DNA of 64,000 bases from positions 3,681-67,680 of the IMG/VR virus record IMGVR_UViG_3300029922_000055. One strand, written 5' to 3'. Under the pieces are notes generated by a model. That model had not been told where the DNA came from, did no database searches, and was given only the letters and a program-made list of their open reading frames with translations. Positions 19,801 through 30,286 of the stretch are shown piece after piece. Both the position numbers and the translations under genes were made by a program. Positions within the stretch are counted from its first letter, which is position 1. Every line of letters starts with the position of its first letter. The DNA comes from a virus.

Positions 19801-22800
19801 GCATTTCCTACCGTTATAAAATTTCCGGCAGAAGTATATCCAAATACCACAGAAGTTAAACTATCTTTATAAGAAACGCCATTAACTATTATAGGGTTGC
19901 TAAAATCTAAATCAGAAACATTTCCGAAAAACTTTATAATACTATTTGTAAAATTATTTCCGGAAACTGGTGTTAAATTTATTACTGGTTGATTAGTAGC
20001 ATATACAGCAAATGGAGAACTTGTAGCAGAACAATTATTATTTGAAGCAGCAACCCTAACGTAATTAAATGTTCCGGGGATTTGAGTTTCGAAAATTTGC
20101 TCATCTAAAGAATTTATATATGAATAATAAGATGACCAAGGACCGCTGGGTTGTCCGGACTTTTGAACGAATACATTAACAGAATCACCATTAGAAACAT
20201 CCAAATAATTGTTTACAGAATATTCTAAAATCTTTTTTGAAATGTTGGGCTGGATTGTTAAAAGATTCGTATTTGGATAAACTATACTTAAACCAATCTG
20301 TTGTTCCGTATTAAGATTAAAAGAACTAGTATATACAACATTTCCTGGATAATTAAAAGAAACATTATATCCAGTATTTCCATAAACAGGAGATGTTACA
20401 TTTGCAGACCAAGTATTTCCGGCAACTGTTACGGGAACATTTATAGAACTGTTCGAAAAGTTTTGCCAAGTATAAGATCCCGGAGAATTGGAAATTACAC
20501 TAACACCGACATCAGTTCCAACCCAAAGATAATTATCAGAACTGGTGACAATTATTTTATTAACATTGTTAGAAAGTATTCCAGAATAATTAGATTTATC
20601 TAGAACAACCCAGCCGGAACCAACTGAAGTTAAGTTATTTCCAGAATATTCTACAACACCACCATTATAAACACCATTGGCTGTAGAGAATCCTATCACT
20701 TTAGTATTAGTAGGAGTTATGTGAATTGTTTTTGCTTGAACGTTAGATAAATGTCCTGCACCAGAATTTAATCCATTGGGCCAAATTGGTGTAGCAGATG
20801 ATTGCAGTTCTGTAAAAGTGCTTCCGGAAAGTGTGGCAATCCCAGAATCCGTTGCAACCCAAACTGTTCCTAAACTATCTATCTTAAAATCATTTATGTT
20901 TTGAAATGTAGGTAACGAATAATTAGTCCAACTACCAGCAGAATATTTGAAAATTCTATTATCAGAAGTAGATACAAAGATAGTCCCAGAACTTGCTAAC
21001 ACCTTTCTAGGGTATATTCCTATATTATATTTTGTTACATATTGGTCGGTAAATGTAGCACCAGATAAAGATAATACGGAGTTTATGTTCGCCCAAGTTA
21101 ATCCGAAATATTTTACGTCATTAGAATCTATACTAAAGCTAGTTATATCTATTGCATTTATAGGATATGCTGATAAAGAACTATTTGCGGTAGTATACAA
21201 ATACCAATCATTAGATGTTTGTGTCGCCCAATTTTTAGAATTAAATGTTCCTACACCATTTCCAGAATAAGCTATCCAAATGAACCCAAGAGAATCCATA
21301 GAAAGATGAGTAATATTTTGAAAAGCTATATTGGAATTTGTTGTAGTAAATCCAGTAACGGAATTTGTGTTTCTGTTTACTCTATATAAACCATTACCAT
21401 CAGTTCCCACCCAAACTACACCAGAATTTAATCTGTCTTCTATTAAAGATGTTATTTTTTGGTTGTTGGGAATATAAGAATTAACATAAGAAAGACTTCC
21501 GGAAGTTGGGGGTCCGTTTGTAATATCTATTGTTCCATTTATAGTAATGTTTCCTGGATGACAAATAGAATTGCTAGTAACTGTTATTGCTGGGGACGTA
21601 GAGAAAACAATAGTATCTACAAGGCTTTGCCCGAAATTTCCTAAATCACTTAAAGCTCTAACAATAAAGTCATAAGAACCGGGGACCAACGAAGTAAACG
21701 TATTCTGCCAATTTCCTAAAGTTGTTTGAAAAAGACTTCCTAAAAATTGATAAGGACTTACTGAATTGGTTGCTCTATAATATGCACTAACACTTTCTAC
21801 AGAACCTCCGGAAATACTTGTAGATGCTTGAATAGTAAATGTAGGATTAAAAATTACAGAACTTGCAGATGGTGATGTTATTGTTGCTGAAGGCGTTGGT
21901 CCAGAAGTGTTTAAAGAATTATAAGAAATCAACAATTCAGGATATGCAGCAATAGGACCAAAACCACTTACCCTACCAGAATTAAACCCTATAGAAATGT
22001 TTGAAGCATTATTTTCATTACCACTATCGAAAAGGCTTACCAAAAATCCAAAGTTATTTGCTGGATTTTGTCTCCAATTATCTACAATAGTAGTTACATC
22101 AAAGTCCATCCAAAATTGATTTGCAGACGTAGAAGAAGTAAATGAATTTGAAAGATTAGAATTTCCTATCCATAAGGCGGGAGAATTTATATAATCCCCA
22201 CCAGAAGTAACCCAATTTGCGGAAGAGCTACGCTGACCCCACGTTACTTGATTCTCTACCCAAGAAGAAGAAACCTGATATACCGCAACCGAACCAGTAG
22301 TAGTAGGATAGTTCCAAGCATTTGTTAAATTATTTGTATTAAGCCTTAAAACAGCACTCTTGATACTTGTTGCAGAAGAAGGAATGACAGAAGTATCAAA
22401 TTTTATTAAAGACCTTCTACGGGCGTCTGAGCCACTTCCTTTTGATTGTATATATAATTCTCCGGAATCAAATGTTCCAGCAGATATAGGATTGTTTCCG
22501 GAAACTGAAATATAAACTGAGTTATTGTTTCCAGTAGCACTATTAACAAGTTTTATAAAATTACTATCTGTTAATAATTGTCCAGTTAAAGTATCTAAAG
22601 TATTTGCATCAGTATATTCTTGAACGTTTACCCAAGAACTTCCATTAAATTGCTGAAGTATGAAATAAGGATTGTTAGAAAGTATTGTAGAATTTGGAGA
22701 AGAATACCAAGCAGATGTTATAAAAGAACTAGGAAATAATCCGGGATTTATTTGTAAATATACATCGGTTCCAGTTAAAGCAAAACCATTCGGAATAAGT

Positions 22801-23405
22801 GCCGGAGAGTTTGGCCAAGATACTATAATTTGACTATCGTATTTGTTTCCTTTTGCTCTAATATATTCAGGAATTTTTTGAATAGAAATTGAAGGAGAAG
22901 AAGTTAAAGAAACGGAACTAGTATACGTGTTATAATTTCCTGGAAGAAACCAAGAAACCGTATACCCAGGAACAGGAACAACATCATCTAAAATTATATC
23001 AAAATATGTAGGATTGTTATTCGCATAAGCCACTACCGCAATGTTTGAAGACTGTCCATTAGGAGCATTCAAAGTCAACTGAGGGGCTATCTTGTTGCTA
23101 TCTACTATATTATGAAAAACTCTATAAGAAGTTGCAGTAAGATTTATAGAAACTATGCCGGACTGTGGAAGACCATTTGTAGGGTCAACTGCCGAAGATA
23201 TTTGCGAAAATGTTCCTAAAGAATTTACACCAGAGGTAAACTGAGTCCCTATATTAGTTTCTTGAAGCCATGCATAAGATACGACACGAACTGCCGAAAG
23301 AGGAACAGACGACGTGTCAAAATTTTGAATAGCTAAAGATACGTCAAAATTATTCTGAGTATTAAATCCTGTTCCTTGAGCAACCAGCAAATTAAGTTTT
23401 GACAT
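16809..23405 (-). CDS. Giant virion-associated protein (2198 aa): DNRLRE-like domain, beta-propeller and Ig-like repeats
   Basis: RRSLIKFD...SAVLRL...WVENQVTW (DNRLRE-type), VWVGTDGNGL and LWVGTDVG propeller blades, repeated P.V.I.SP...G.Y...A.A.D Ig-like units. Confidence 0.75.
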   Translation of the reverse strand: MSKLNLLVAQGTGFNTQNNFDVSLAIQNFDTSSVPLSAVRVVSYAWLQETNIGTQFTSGVNSLGTFSQISSAVDPTNGLPQSGIVSINLTATSYRVFHNIVDSNKIAPQLTLNAPNGQSSNIAVVAYANNNPTYFDIILDDVVPVPGYTVSWFLPGNYNTYTSSVSLTSSPSISIQKIPEYIRAKGNKYDSQIIVSWPNSPALIPNGFALTGTDVYLQINPGLFPSSFITSAWYSSPNSTILSNNPYFILQQFNGSSWVNVQEYTDANTLDTLTGQLLTDSNFIKLVNSATGNNNSVYISVSGNNPISAGTFDSGELYIQSKGSGSDARRRSLIKFDTSVIPSSATSIKSAVLRLNTNNLTNAWNYPTTTGSVAVYQVSSSWVENQVTWGQRSSSANWVTSGGDYINSPALWIGNSNLSNSFTSSTSANQFWMDFDVTTIVDNWRQNPANNFGFLVSLFDSGNENNASNISIGFNSGRVSGFGPIAAYPELLISYNSLNTSGPTPSATITSPSASSVIFNPTFTIQASTSISGGSVESVSAYYRATNSVSPYQFLGSLFQTTLGNWQNTFTSLVPGSYDFIVRALSDLGNFGQSLVDTIVFSTSPAITVTSNSICHPGNITINGTIDITNGPPTSGSLSYVNSYIPNNQKITSLIEDRLNSGVVWVGTDGNGLYRVNRNTNSVTGFTTTNSNIAFQNITHLSMDSLGFIWIAYSGNGVGTFNSKNWATQTSNDWYLYTTANSSLSAYPINAIDITSFSIDSNDVKYFGLTWANINSVLSLSGATFTDQYVTKYNIGIYPRKVLASSGTIFVSTSDNRIFKYSAGSWTNYSLPTFQNINDFKIDSLGTVWVATDSGIATLSGSTFTELQSSATPIWPNGLNSGAGHLSNVQAKTIHITPTNTKVIGFSTANGVYNGGVVEYSGNNLTSVGSGWVVLDKSNYSGILSNNVNKIIVTSSDNYLWVGTDVGVSVISNSPGSYTWQNFSNSSINVPVTVAGNTWSANVTSPVYGNTGYNVSFNYPGNVVYTSSFNLNTEQQIGLSIVYPNTNLLTIQPNISKKILEYSVNNYLDVSNGDSVNVFVQKSGQPSGPWSSYYSYINSLDEQIFETQIPGTFNYVRVAASNNNCSATSSPFAVYATNQPVINLTPVSGNNFTNSIIKFFGNVSDLDFSNPIIVNGVSYKDSLTSVVFGYTSAGNFITVGNATLGTLTGSSASFEFDWSSPIAGVNQLSAIATTNYGTSAIASISFNTIVAVPSVTILSPIVNQIIPLNSPFILSASTQYITNPVSAVNFYIQSATNGLIGSGTSAGNIWTRSLTPSATLSAGLYNLYAIASDISGVSASANPVPFVVNTPPTLIQISPLSSTFSGSYPYQAQVNDVNGTYNNRVDILSGASILFSGYANGFGNFTWNWSNPASGTFTLSAKVYDGSPSLSSDYTVTPLNFNLNSASISLTSQTFPGASFQGSLISPKVNVITTSTNINLSANVIGSNISNVVFWRYKFDPVANAFVRDSVLSTDVTSPYNATVQLPSSRYYTSSTQSQYKFWGILAEATSTNGTVIDSNLLQFYVKEQGISASIQNSTCSNPIVFSGNFLDSDVAVNPSSAIIDNSVSAVIYDGTHNTYLGNLSSGGTRPNELVPFTYSYSNPSSSVSAVKFYVQDSYGIVSSAVINYGLINQVPYINLLSSTNYYSYSPLFQTFLISAGTISLSSTISGANIASVQYVVANSLGQTILSSVNNSASFYISASNDTTTIYSQITNSGNCVNYSTVYSYIVYQNVSANILPNNCASCYCNGTPLSISGNYTDFNYNNANLIGTFGYSVSAKLYDNFNNLIQDITPQLSNVGTSQPWIVSWSIPTVGATSVYLKVTNGTGATQTISQNLPRQISQAPTIVINSPVNGAIYSQTTPINFNVSTSGDDINAVKIYSNGNLLAVSQFNYNGNIYSWLGEKLPGIYSVSAVVLTNGGCVAVSSDTITISNGPVVNIITPVANSYYNAGTILSVTVDAKANLPANVSAVSVIASPGISQSATFQGGSIWSATLSALSNSISAYSISAIAYDTLGQSTTVSEKFFTGILPSISASISGTTSANTNFNQMFTVNVSGYSNTSGTLVASYLNISGTVVGLTSSSLNNFSGNILASQYLIPGQTNTIVAYVVDSNGAIASQNLYVYVNTFSGQTSYPVIEIISVNPPGKATYQILPSR

Positions 23406-23453
23406 TAAAAATTCCTATCAATGATATATGGAATTATTTAGAGATATTATTTT

Positions 23454-25016
23454 TTATATTGTATATCCTTGAAGAGGCAAATTTATCAATTCCGAAGAAT
23501 ATACCGCCGATGCTTGAAGAGACTGCCCTATACCAGCACCAATATAACAATGAACATTATCATACGAATTCGCTGACAAATGTCTTAAATGATCGATCGG
23601 GTCCCAAATCGAAGAATTGACGTTCCAAAAACTATTTGGCGCAAACCCAGATATATATGATACTTGATTATTATATATCAATTGTTGTTGGGTTGTAAAA
23701 TCAAGCGGGACGGCAGAAGTAGTTTCGGATTGTCCCATTGGGGATAATATACCCACACCAAAGGCTCGACCACTCCCGGTTATTATTGATTTGTCGGATG
23801 TAAGAGCATTTTGCATTGTTGTGTTATCCGAATCGTCCCTGTCGTTCCAAGACCAGCCCTGAACGATAACTTTATCACAAAAAGAAAAAAATCCACCGGC
23901 ACTTAAACTAGAGATTCTAGTGTTGGTTTGGGACATTGTATCTCCGCCTTGGCCGACGGATGTTATTCTAAATTTTTTTCCGTTGGTGCGAGCTATATTA
24001 TTTACTACTTCACACCAATGGTCACCGTATGTTTGGGAACCGCTAACAATTGGAGGGACGCCAGCCCAGACAGAGTCGCCGCCAGCTATAATGTTTACCA
24101 AGGGCGGGGCACCAGCCGAGGTTTCATATGTGCATAGCAAAAGCGCGACCGGACCCCCTAAATTTTGATTTGTCCAAGTAGGCGTGCCGCTTGTTCCAAC
24201 AGAAGCATAATCTCCGCCGCAGAAATTTCCGGCCATATATACAGACGGCAAATAATTATTTTTATTTTCCCCTGGCCACTGAACATTTAATGCAGAACCG
24301 CCCGTTGCTGCGTTCCACATAATCACAGAATTTCCGGCTGGACAGGATGGAATAAGAGTTATTTCGTCCGATACGATTGCGTTTAGATTATAATTATCAT
24401 AAGATCCGATTGGTGGGGTCCAGGAAGTTGCACTATTAAATGTCACCTGCGACCAACCATATTGCGGAACCTGCACTGTTCCAGAACCCATCGTCGCCAC
24501 ACGGGCCGATTGAATGGCTGCGCCGCTAGTGCCGTAACCAGTAGCATAAAGAAGCCTGACGGATTTTATAGGCCAAGATTCTTTGTTAATAAATCCTAAA
24601 GCATTAGTCATAGCCGACATAGTTGAACCAGCAAATGCATTTGTCAAAGTTCCTATAGAGTTAACGCTTCCTTGCATTGCCAAATTTCGCCCGACCCAAG
24701 CACGGGCTAATGGAGTCGTTGGAGACGAAGCAGCGCCAGTATATGCAACAATTTTACCGGCGGCATTTTTAGCAAATACTTCAAACGTATATTGTGCAGA
24801 CGTGTTTAATCCAGTCACCACAAACGAATTTCCAGAAACAGTAGAAGCAAATGTTCGGACACTTCCTAAAGTATACCAAATATCATAAAAATTAGCTCCA
24901 GGAACTGACGACCAGGACAATGTAACAGAGGTGCTTGATGTAATGATACTAACGGTCGGCGTTAAAGTTAATCCATTTCCGAGACCCAAATTTATATAAG
25001 ACCCAATCAACTGCAT
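23454..25016 (-). CDS. FN3 domain plus SGNH/GDSL esterase, probably virion-associated
   Basis: N-terminal FN3 (LSWSSVPGA..Y...VTGL...YTFEV). SGNH blocks GDSV, GQGG, WND, DNVH. Confidence 0.7.
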   Translation of the reverse strand: MQLIGSYINLGLGNGLTLTPTVSIITSSTSVTLSWSSVPGANFYDIWYTLGSVRTFASTVSGNSFVVTGLNTSAQYTFEVFAKNAAGKIVAYTGAASSPTTPLARAWVGRNLAMQGSVNSIGTLTNAFAGSTMSAMTNALGFINKESWPIKSVRLLYATGYGTSGAAIQSARVATMGSGTVQVPQYGWSQVTFNSATSWTPPIGSYDNYNLNAIVSDEITLIPSCPAGNSVIMWNAATGGSALNVQWPGENKNNYLPSVYMAGNFCGGDYASVGTSGTPTWTNQNLGGPVALLLCTYETSAGAPPLVNIIAGGDSVWAGVPPIVSGSQTYGDHWCEVVNNIARTNGKKFRITSVGQGGDTMSQTNTRISSLSAGGFFSFCDKVIVQGWSWNDRDDSDNTTMQNALTSDKSIITGSGRAFGVGILSPMGQSETTSAVPLDFTTQQQLIYNNQVSYISGFAPNSFWNVNSSIWDPIDHLRHLSANSYDNVHCYIGAGIGQSLQASAVYSSELINLPLQGYTI

Positions 25017-25031
25017 AAAAATTTCTCCGAC

Positions 25032-27644
25032 TTAATTGTATAGATATTGATTCAATGCTGGTGCAGTTATTCTAGGAATCTCGTTTGTTAAAGAAAAATT
25101 AACGATATTTCCATAACCATCCAGCAAATTTTCAGTAATAGGAGTTTCCAAACTATTCACAAGCCATGTAGCAACGTTTATCAAATCATTTTGAACAAAA
25201 GAATTAAGTTCATTTAGATTTACTGTAGTTAATGCTTGAACACACACACTGGTTTGATTTTGTGTTACGGAATTTTGATTTTGAGAAATTTGTCCCAAAG
25301 AACAAAAACAATTTCCTCTATTCGCCAAAAACTCGTCAAAAATCTTTATCAAACTCTGGGCAGTATTTGTATTACTTAAAGAAGGATTTTGAGAAAGTAA
25401 TAATTGAATGTTACTATAAAAACATTGCAAAAGTCCTAGATAAAGATTTCTTTGAGATGGGTCGAAAGAAGTATTCACATTACCATTTGTGGAATATGTA
25501 ACACCACAACTATCATCATTCAGCATATTGGTGCTAGGCCAAATAACTTCTGTTCTTACTGTAGTGTTATCATACTTATACATTTTTAATTCTAATTTCG
25601 GCAAAAGACAGCAAATAGCATTTATAGTATTTTGGGAATATGCCGAAAGACTATTGATTTGAATAATTGCCTTCTGATAAAAAGAAACTATATCATCCGT
25701 TCCAGAAACCGAATATTCTCTTACTCCACATTGTCCAGTAGAAGATATAGAAGAATTGAACACATACCCTACAGGAACATTTGGAAAAATTGCTGAAATG
25801 CTTGGCATCTCTGCTGCTGAATTTGTAGTATAAAGATAATATTGGTTTGGATTTATATTAGGTTGAAAAGAAAGATTCGCATGATTTACTTGTGGAAAAT
25901 TTTGAACAACATCTATAACGTCGGAAAGATATACTGGAGAATTAAAATTTGTGCTATTGTTAAAGAAATTATAAAGAGCATCAGTAATCGTCGAATATGT
26001 GCTAGGAATATCTACCAAAGGATTTAGATAAATGTTTCCAGCTAATTGAAAATCTCTTATCTCTGGTGTTACATAAATGTTTTTAATTGTTATCATAGAC
26101 CTTGCGTAAAGATTTGAATAAATTGTTGCCAAGTCTGAATTACTCGTTATTAAAGAATTTATAGCAGGATCTTTCAAAGGCGTAGAAGAATCTGAAAGAA
26201 CCATTAAATTGAACCAATCATTAGATGTAGAATTTACTAGCAACACATTTGAATCATCTTTAACACCTACATATTTTCCGTTAAGTTGATAATAAAGATT
26301 TGGGAGAACCGAAAATAATACGGTATTGAACATCTTTATATTAGGAACTTTATATGTATTATCTCTAGTTATTTCTTGTTCTCCAAAAGTAATGGCGTTC
26401 TCAATTTGACTGCCCATTATCGTTAAAGTTTTTAAATAGCTAACATAGTCTCTTGGCGTAACGCATCTGTCTAAACTATAAAAAATTTCTGGAGAATTTA
26501 CTTTAATAGAATCTATGCTTTCTATATCAGCACCACCAACAACATTTGATGCTAATGTAAATTTCATATTAGACGTAGTAAAAGTATTTCCATTTCCAAA
26601 AGAATTTGCTTGAGATTGAATACTTCTTCCAATTACTCCAACAGTATTTCCAGCAGAACCTAATGTAGAAAGATATTGAATGTAAATATTATCATTTCCA
26701 GTAGCACCGATAGAAGCAATCACATCATCGGCAAATTTTAATTGAACGGTATCGTCTAAATTGGTTGACAAAACACACCACTGAATGTCCTGACCTGCTC
26801 CAGCGGATGTTTGTAACGGTATTGTATAATTGTTTAAGAAAGACCTTCTATCAATTGTAAATTCTCTATCCGAAGATGCAGATGCTGTAAATACGGTAGG
26901 GTCCGAACCACAAGCAACTCTAGTCATATTTGATGTTAATGTAATATTTCCTGTATCGGCGTCAAACCCAAAATCTTGGTCTCCAAAATAATTACTAAAG
27001 GTTACGTCTGGAATTTGATAAGATTGAAACCTCTGGTCAGCTTGGGTTTGGCTATTGTTTATAGTGAAAACTTTCTGAGATGCTTGAACCAATTGGATAG
27101 TATTCTGGTATTGTTGAGGAATTAACTCTGTAGAAAATAATTGATAGTTATACCCAGGCTGTGAAGACCAATACTTAAATGTTAAAAAGAAACTAGGATT
27201 AGCGAAATTGTTTATATCAGTCTGAGTTAAAATATACTGCAATGGTTGAAGAAGCAAAAATGATTGCCCATTAAAAGTAAATTGAGAAAATTTAGGGAAA
27301 GTTATAACCTGTCCAGCAGCAGCACCATTTGGAATAGAATTTATATTAATGTTAATTGAAGTAGTGGCTGGAATAGGTCTTCGAATAACATATCCAAGAA
27401 TTTTCGAAAGCTCTACGATAGAACTTCTTAATTGTGCCGTAGATGGAAATGATTCATTAGCTCTACGATCAATATAAAAGTTCGTCATGTCAGTAGCCGC
27501 TAAGAAAATTTCCGAAATTACACTATACAACTGAGACTGAGAATAATTAGCAAATCGACTATCCTGGGCTAAACGAGAAATTACAGAATCTCTCATTTCG
27601 TTGTATGTTAATCCAGTGTAAGATAATATGTTGTTCGTGGGCAT
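25032..27644 (-). CDS. gp6: Baseplate wedge subunit gp6
   Basis: ESFPSTAQLRSSIVELSKILGY, GGADIESIDSIK, RCVTPRDY. Confidence 0.88.
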   Translation of the reverse strand: MPTNNILSYTGLTYNEMRDSVISRLAQDSRFANYSQSQLYSVISEIFLAATDMTNFYIDRRANESFPSTAQLRSSIVELSKILGYVIRRPIPATTSINININSIPNGAAAGQVITFPKFSQFTFNGQSFLLLQPLQYILTQTDINNFANPSFFLTFKYWSSQPGYNYQLFSTELIPQQYQNTIQLVQASQKVFTINNSQTQADQRFQSYQIPDVTFSNYFGDQDFGFDADTGNITLTSNMTRVACGSDPTVFTASASSDREFTIDRRSFLNNYTIPLQTSAGAGQDIQWCVLSTNLDDTVQLKFADDVIASIGATGNDNIYIQYLSTLGSAGNTVGVIGRSIQSQANSFGNGNTFTTSNMKFTLASNVVGGADIESIDSIKVNSPEIFYSLDRCVTPRDYVSYLKTLTIMGSQIENAITFGEQEITRDNTYKVPNIKMFNTVLFSVLPNLYYQLNGKYVGVKDDSNVLLVNSTSNDWFNLMVLSDSSTPLKDPAINSLITSNSDLATIYSNLYARSMITIKNIYVTPEIRDFQLAGNIYLNPLVDIPSTYSTITDALYNFFNNSTNFNSPVYLSDVIDVVQNFPQVNHANLSFQPNINPNQYYLYTTNSAAEMPSISAIFPNVPVGYVFNSSISSTGQCGVREYSVSGTDDIVSFYQKAIIQINSLSAYSQNTINAICCLLPKLELKMYKYDNTTVRTEVIWPSTNMLNDDSCGVTYSTNGNVNTSFDPSQRNLYLGLLQCFYSNIQLLLSQNPSLSNTNTAQSLIKIFDEFLANRGNCFCSLGQISQNQNSVTQNQTSVCVQALTTVNLNELNSFVQNDLINVATWLVNSLETPITENLLDGYGNIVNFSLTNEIPRITAPALNQYLYN

Positions 27645-27666
27645 TAAAATTCCTTATTCAATAGAA

Positions 27667-28824
27667 TTATTTATAGTCGAACAAATTACTAGAACAAGAA
27701 TTCATTTCAAATTTTTCTACATCATCTTCAAAAACCACTTCACCATTTCGGAAATAGAACTTCAAATATCCTAAAAACTCTTTATAAAAATGTATATCAA
27801 AATCAGAAATGTCTTTACAAGAAATTCCTAAAAAGCTTTCCTTTCGATTGTTCGTCAAAAAATTCTTAAAAACTATTTTATCATTTTTAGAATACTTTTC
27901 CGAAATCCATTCTAAAATATTCCAAACACGAAAATCAACACCTTCGACATCTACTATATTTTTAATATTGTTTCTTTCATGTTGTCCAAAAGAAATCCAT
28001 AAACCTTTTTTAACATTTTGAATAGGACCTTCGAAAACTCCTGACAAAACCATTGCTTCAAGTTTTTTCGAAAGTTCTTTAAGTTTTTTATTCTTTTCTA
28101 TATGATTCTTCTTTTGTTCTAGATGATAAAAATGATTTACAAAACAATCTTCAGAAGTAAGTAAAATGTATCCACCACATCTATAAAGAATATGCGAAAT
28201 AAAATTATCTTCTCCCCCCCAACTTCCATCAAAATAACTATTGAAAACTCTTTTGCCAGATCCCAATTTTTCATTAACACTCTGGCAAAGTTCTACAGAA
28301 AGTTTATTAAATCCTAGATTACAAGAATAAGTAAATATAGTTTCCAATGTTAAATAATTTGCCACAATCATTCTTCCATTTTTGTTTGTGAAAGAATATT
28401 CATTTACCAATTTTTTATCGCATCTCTCATCATCTTGAAAATTTCCATCCATGTCTTGCTTAAATCGTTTTCCGCAAGATACTATAGGAAAGTTTTGATT
28501 AAGATTTTCTAAATGTCTTTCTAAAAACTTTTCCGAAGGTATACAATCACCATCTGAAAAAATGATCGTATTATAGTCTGGATAATTTTCTTGAACGAAA
28601 GATACCCCGAAATCTCTTGTCAACCCCGCCGAAAAATTCTCTCCAGTAGTTTTTGTGATGTATTTGACTAGTATTTTTTCGGAAAAGATTTCTTGAAAAT
28701 TTTCGGAATACCTATCTAAAACAAATAACAAAAGGTCTGGTAAAATAGTTTGATTAGAATATGCTGAGATAATTTTCGGAATATGTTCTGCTTGATCGTG
28801 AGAAGGAACTATTACGATATTCAT
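27667..28824 (-). CDS. Glycosyltransferase family 2
   Basis: IVIVPSHDQ, AG..RDFG, DGDCIP (DxD), WGGED. Confidence 0.85.
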   Translation of the reverse strand: MNIVIVPSHDQAEHIPKIISAYSNQTILPDLLLFVLDRYSENFQEIFSEKILVKYITKTTGENFSAGLTRDFGVSFVQENYPDYNTIIFSDGDCIPSEKFLERHLENLNQNFPIVSCGKRFKQDMDGNFQDDERCDKKLVNEYSFTNKNGRMIVANYLTLETIFTYSCNLGFNKLSVELCQSVNEKLGSGKRVFNSYFDGSWGGEDNFISHILYRCGGYILLTSEDCFVNHFYHLEQKKNHIEKNKKLKELSKKLEAMVLSGVFEGPIQNVKKGLWISFGQHERNNIKNIVDVEGVDFRVWNILEWISEKYSKNDKIVFKNFLTNNRKESFLGISCKDISDFDIHFYKEFLGYLKFYFRNGEVVFEDDVEKFEMNSCSSNLFDYK

Positions 28825-29202
28825 TTAGAAAACAATCTTTTTTGTAAACTGTCCTGGAGTCTGATCTTCATTAAGAAAGTAAACCAATTTCAAAGTAATA
28901 GAATGTTGACTTTGAGAAATTTGCATAGAACATAAATTAGAAATTACAGTAATCCTTTTCTCATATTGTATTACTAAATTTATAATAGCATCTAGCAACT
29001 TTTCCGCAGAATTTGATGTAAGACTTTCGAAAACTATTCCGGAAAGAAACGAACCGTAATTTGGAGAAAATACTCTTTCATTGGGCTCCGTCATAAGTAT
29101 CGACTCAATTGACTGTGAAATGGCTTGTAGGTCTAATGCATCTACGTCTGATATAACTTTCTTCGCAATATCCAAAGCATATTCGTTGGCATATAAATTC
29201 AT
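28825..29202 (-). CDS. gp25: Baseplate wedge subunit gp25
   Basis: AISQSIESILMTEPNERVFSPNYGS.L...FE...YEKRI. Confidence 0.92.
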   Translation of the reverse strand: MNLYANEYALDIAKKVISDVDALDLQAISQSIESILMTEPNERVFSPNYGSFLSGIVFESLTSNSAEKLLDAIINLVIQYEKRITVISNLCSMQISQSQHSITLKLVYFLNEDQTPGQFTKKIVF

Positions 29203-29203
29203 T

Positions 29204-30265
29204 TTAATCTACCTCAGAAGAGTTTGGAGAAGACAATCTAATAACTGTTCTTACTGGTGTTCCGTCTGTTATTCCTGGAGTCATTAAAGATTTTCTATTT
29301 GCAAGATTATTTTTAATGGTTGCTAATTCATCGCTATTGTATGGAAGAGTTTGATTAGAGTTTGGGGTGACTGGCGCTGGAGTGTTGTTTGGTGTAATTT
29401 TGAAAATTGTTGAAGCACCATTTATAGGAGCCATTAGAGTATTATTGAAAGTAACCATTTCCGAATTAGCTTGAGAAAAACTTTGAGTAAGATCTGCGTA
29501 AAGTGCTTCCTTAGTTATAGACCATTGATTTCCTACTGGTTTCGTAGCATCTCTATTTGCCTTATATATTGCCGAGAACGAATCATAGTAATTTAGGGTG
29601 CTAGCTGTATAGGAACAAATACTCCAACTACAACCTAAAAACAAATCCAATTTATTCATAAATGGCAATATAGTATTATTAAAAATTGCATCATATTCGG
29701 CAATCAATAATAAAAGTTGTCTACCAATAAACGTATTCTCCAACCAAAAATTTATGTCAAAGTATTTCGTAAATTTGTTTATAAATGTTAAGATATTGTT
29801 TATTAAAGTGTCCGTAATACTTTGCAGAATTCCTTGTAGACTTAAACGGCAAAAAACATACTCAAACAATTCATACCTACTGTTAAACTCCGTGGTTATT
29901 CCGTATTTAGACAAGTCTATTCCGTTTATGGGATGGTTTCCGAAAATTTCATTATACAATTCTGGAGAAATTGATTTGCTAATCATTTCTATCGCGAATT
30001 CACATTTATACAAGACACTACAAAAATCTTGTCTAGCTTTTGCCGAATCAATTGCTCTTAATCCTAACAAGCTACTTATATTCTCTTCGAGACTTCTTAT
30101 AGTATTCAGGATTTGGTTTATAATAGTGTTCTTAATTCTATCTATAATTGCTTGAATCTGTGCTTTAATTCTATCTAAAAGAGTTGCAAGATAGTTTATT
30201 AAAGTAACTATAGAATACCACTCACCCTTTAACGCATTACAAATAGTTTGTGTGTTATCTGACAT
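29204..30265 (-). CDS. Hypothetical helical protein in the baseplate module
   Basis: ORF track. Late-promoter-like ATAAATA at 30271-30277. Confidence 0.7.
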   Translation of the reverse strand: MSDNTQTICNALKGEWYSIVTLINYLATLLDRIKAQIQAIIDRIKNTIINQILNTIRSLEENISSLLGLRAIDSAKARQDFCSVLYKCEFAIEMISKSISPELYNEIFGNHPINGIDLSKYGITTEFNSRYELFEYVFCRLSLQGILQSITDTLINNILTFINKFTKYFDINFWLENTFIGRQLLLLIAEYDAIFNNTILPFMNKLDLFLGCSWSICSYTASTLNYYDSFSAIYKANRDATKPVGNQWSITKEALYADLTQSFSQANSEMVTFNNTLMAPINGASTIFKITPNNTPAPVTPNSNQTLPYNSDELATIKNNLANRKSLMTPGITDGTPVRTVIRLSSPNSSEVD

Positions 30266-30286
30266 AGGAATATTTATCTAACAAAA

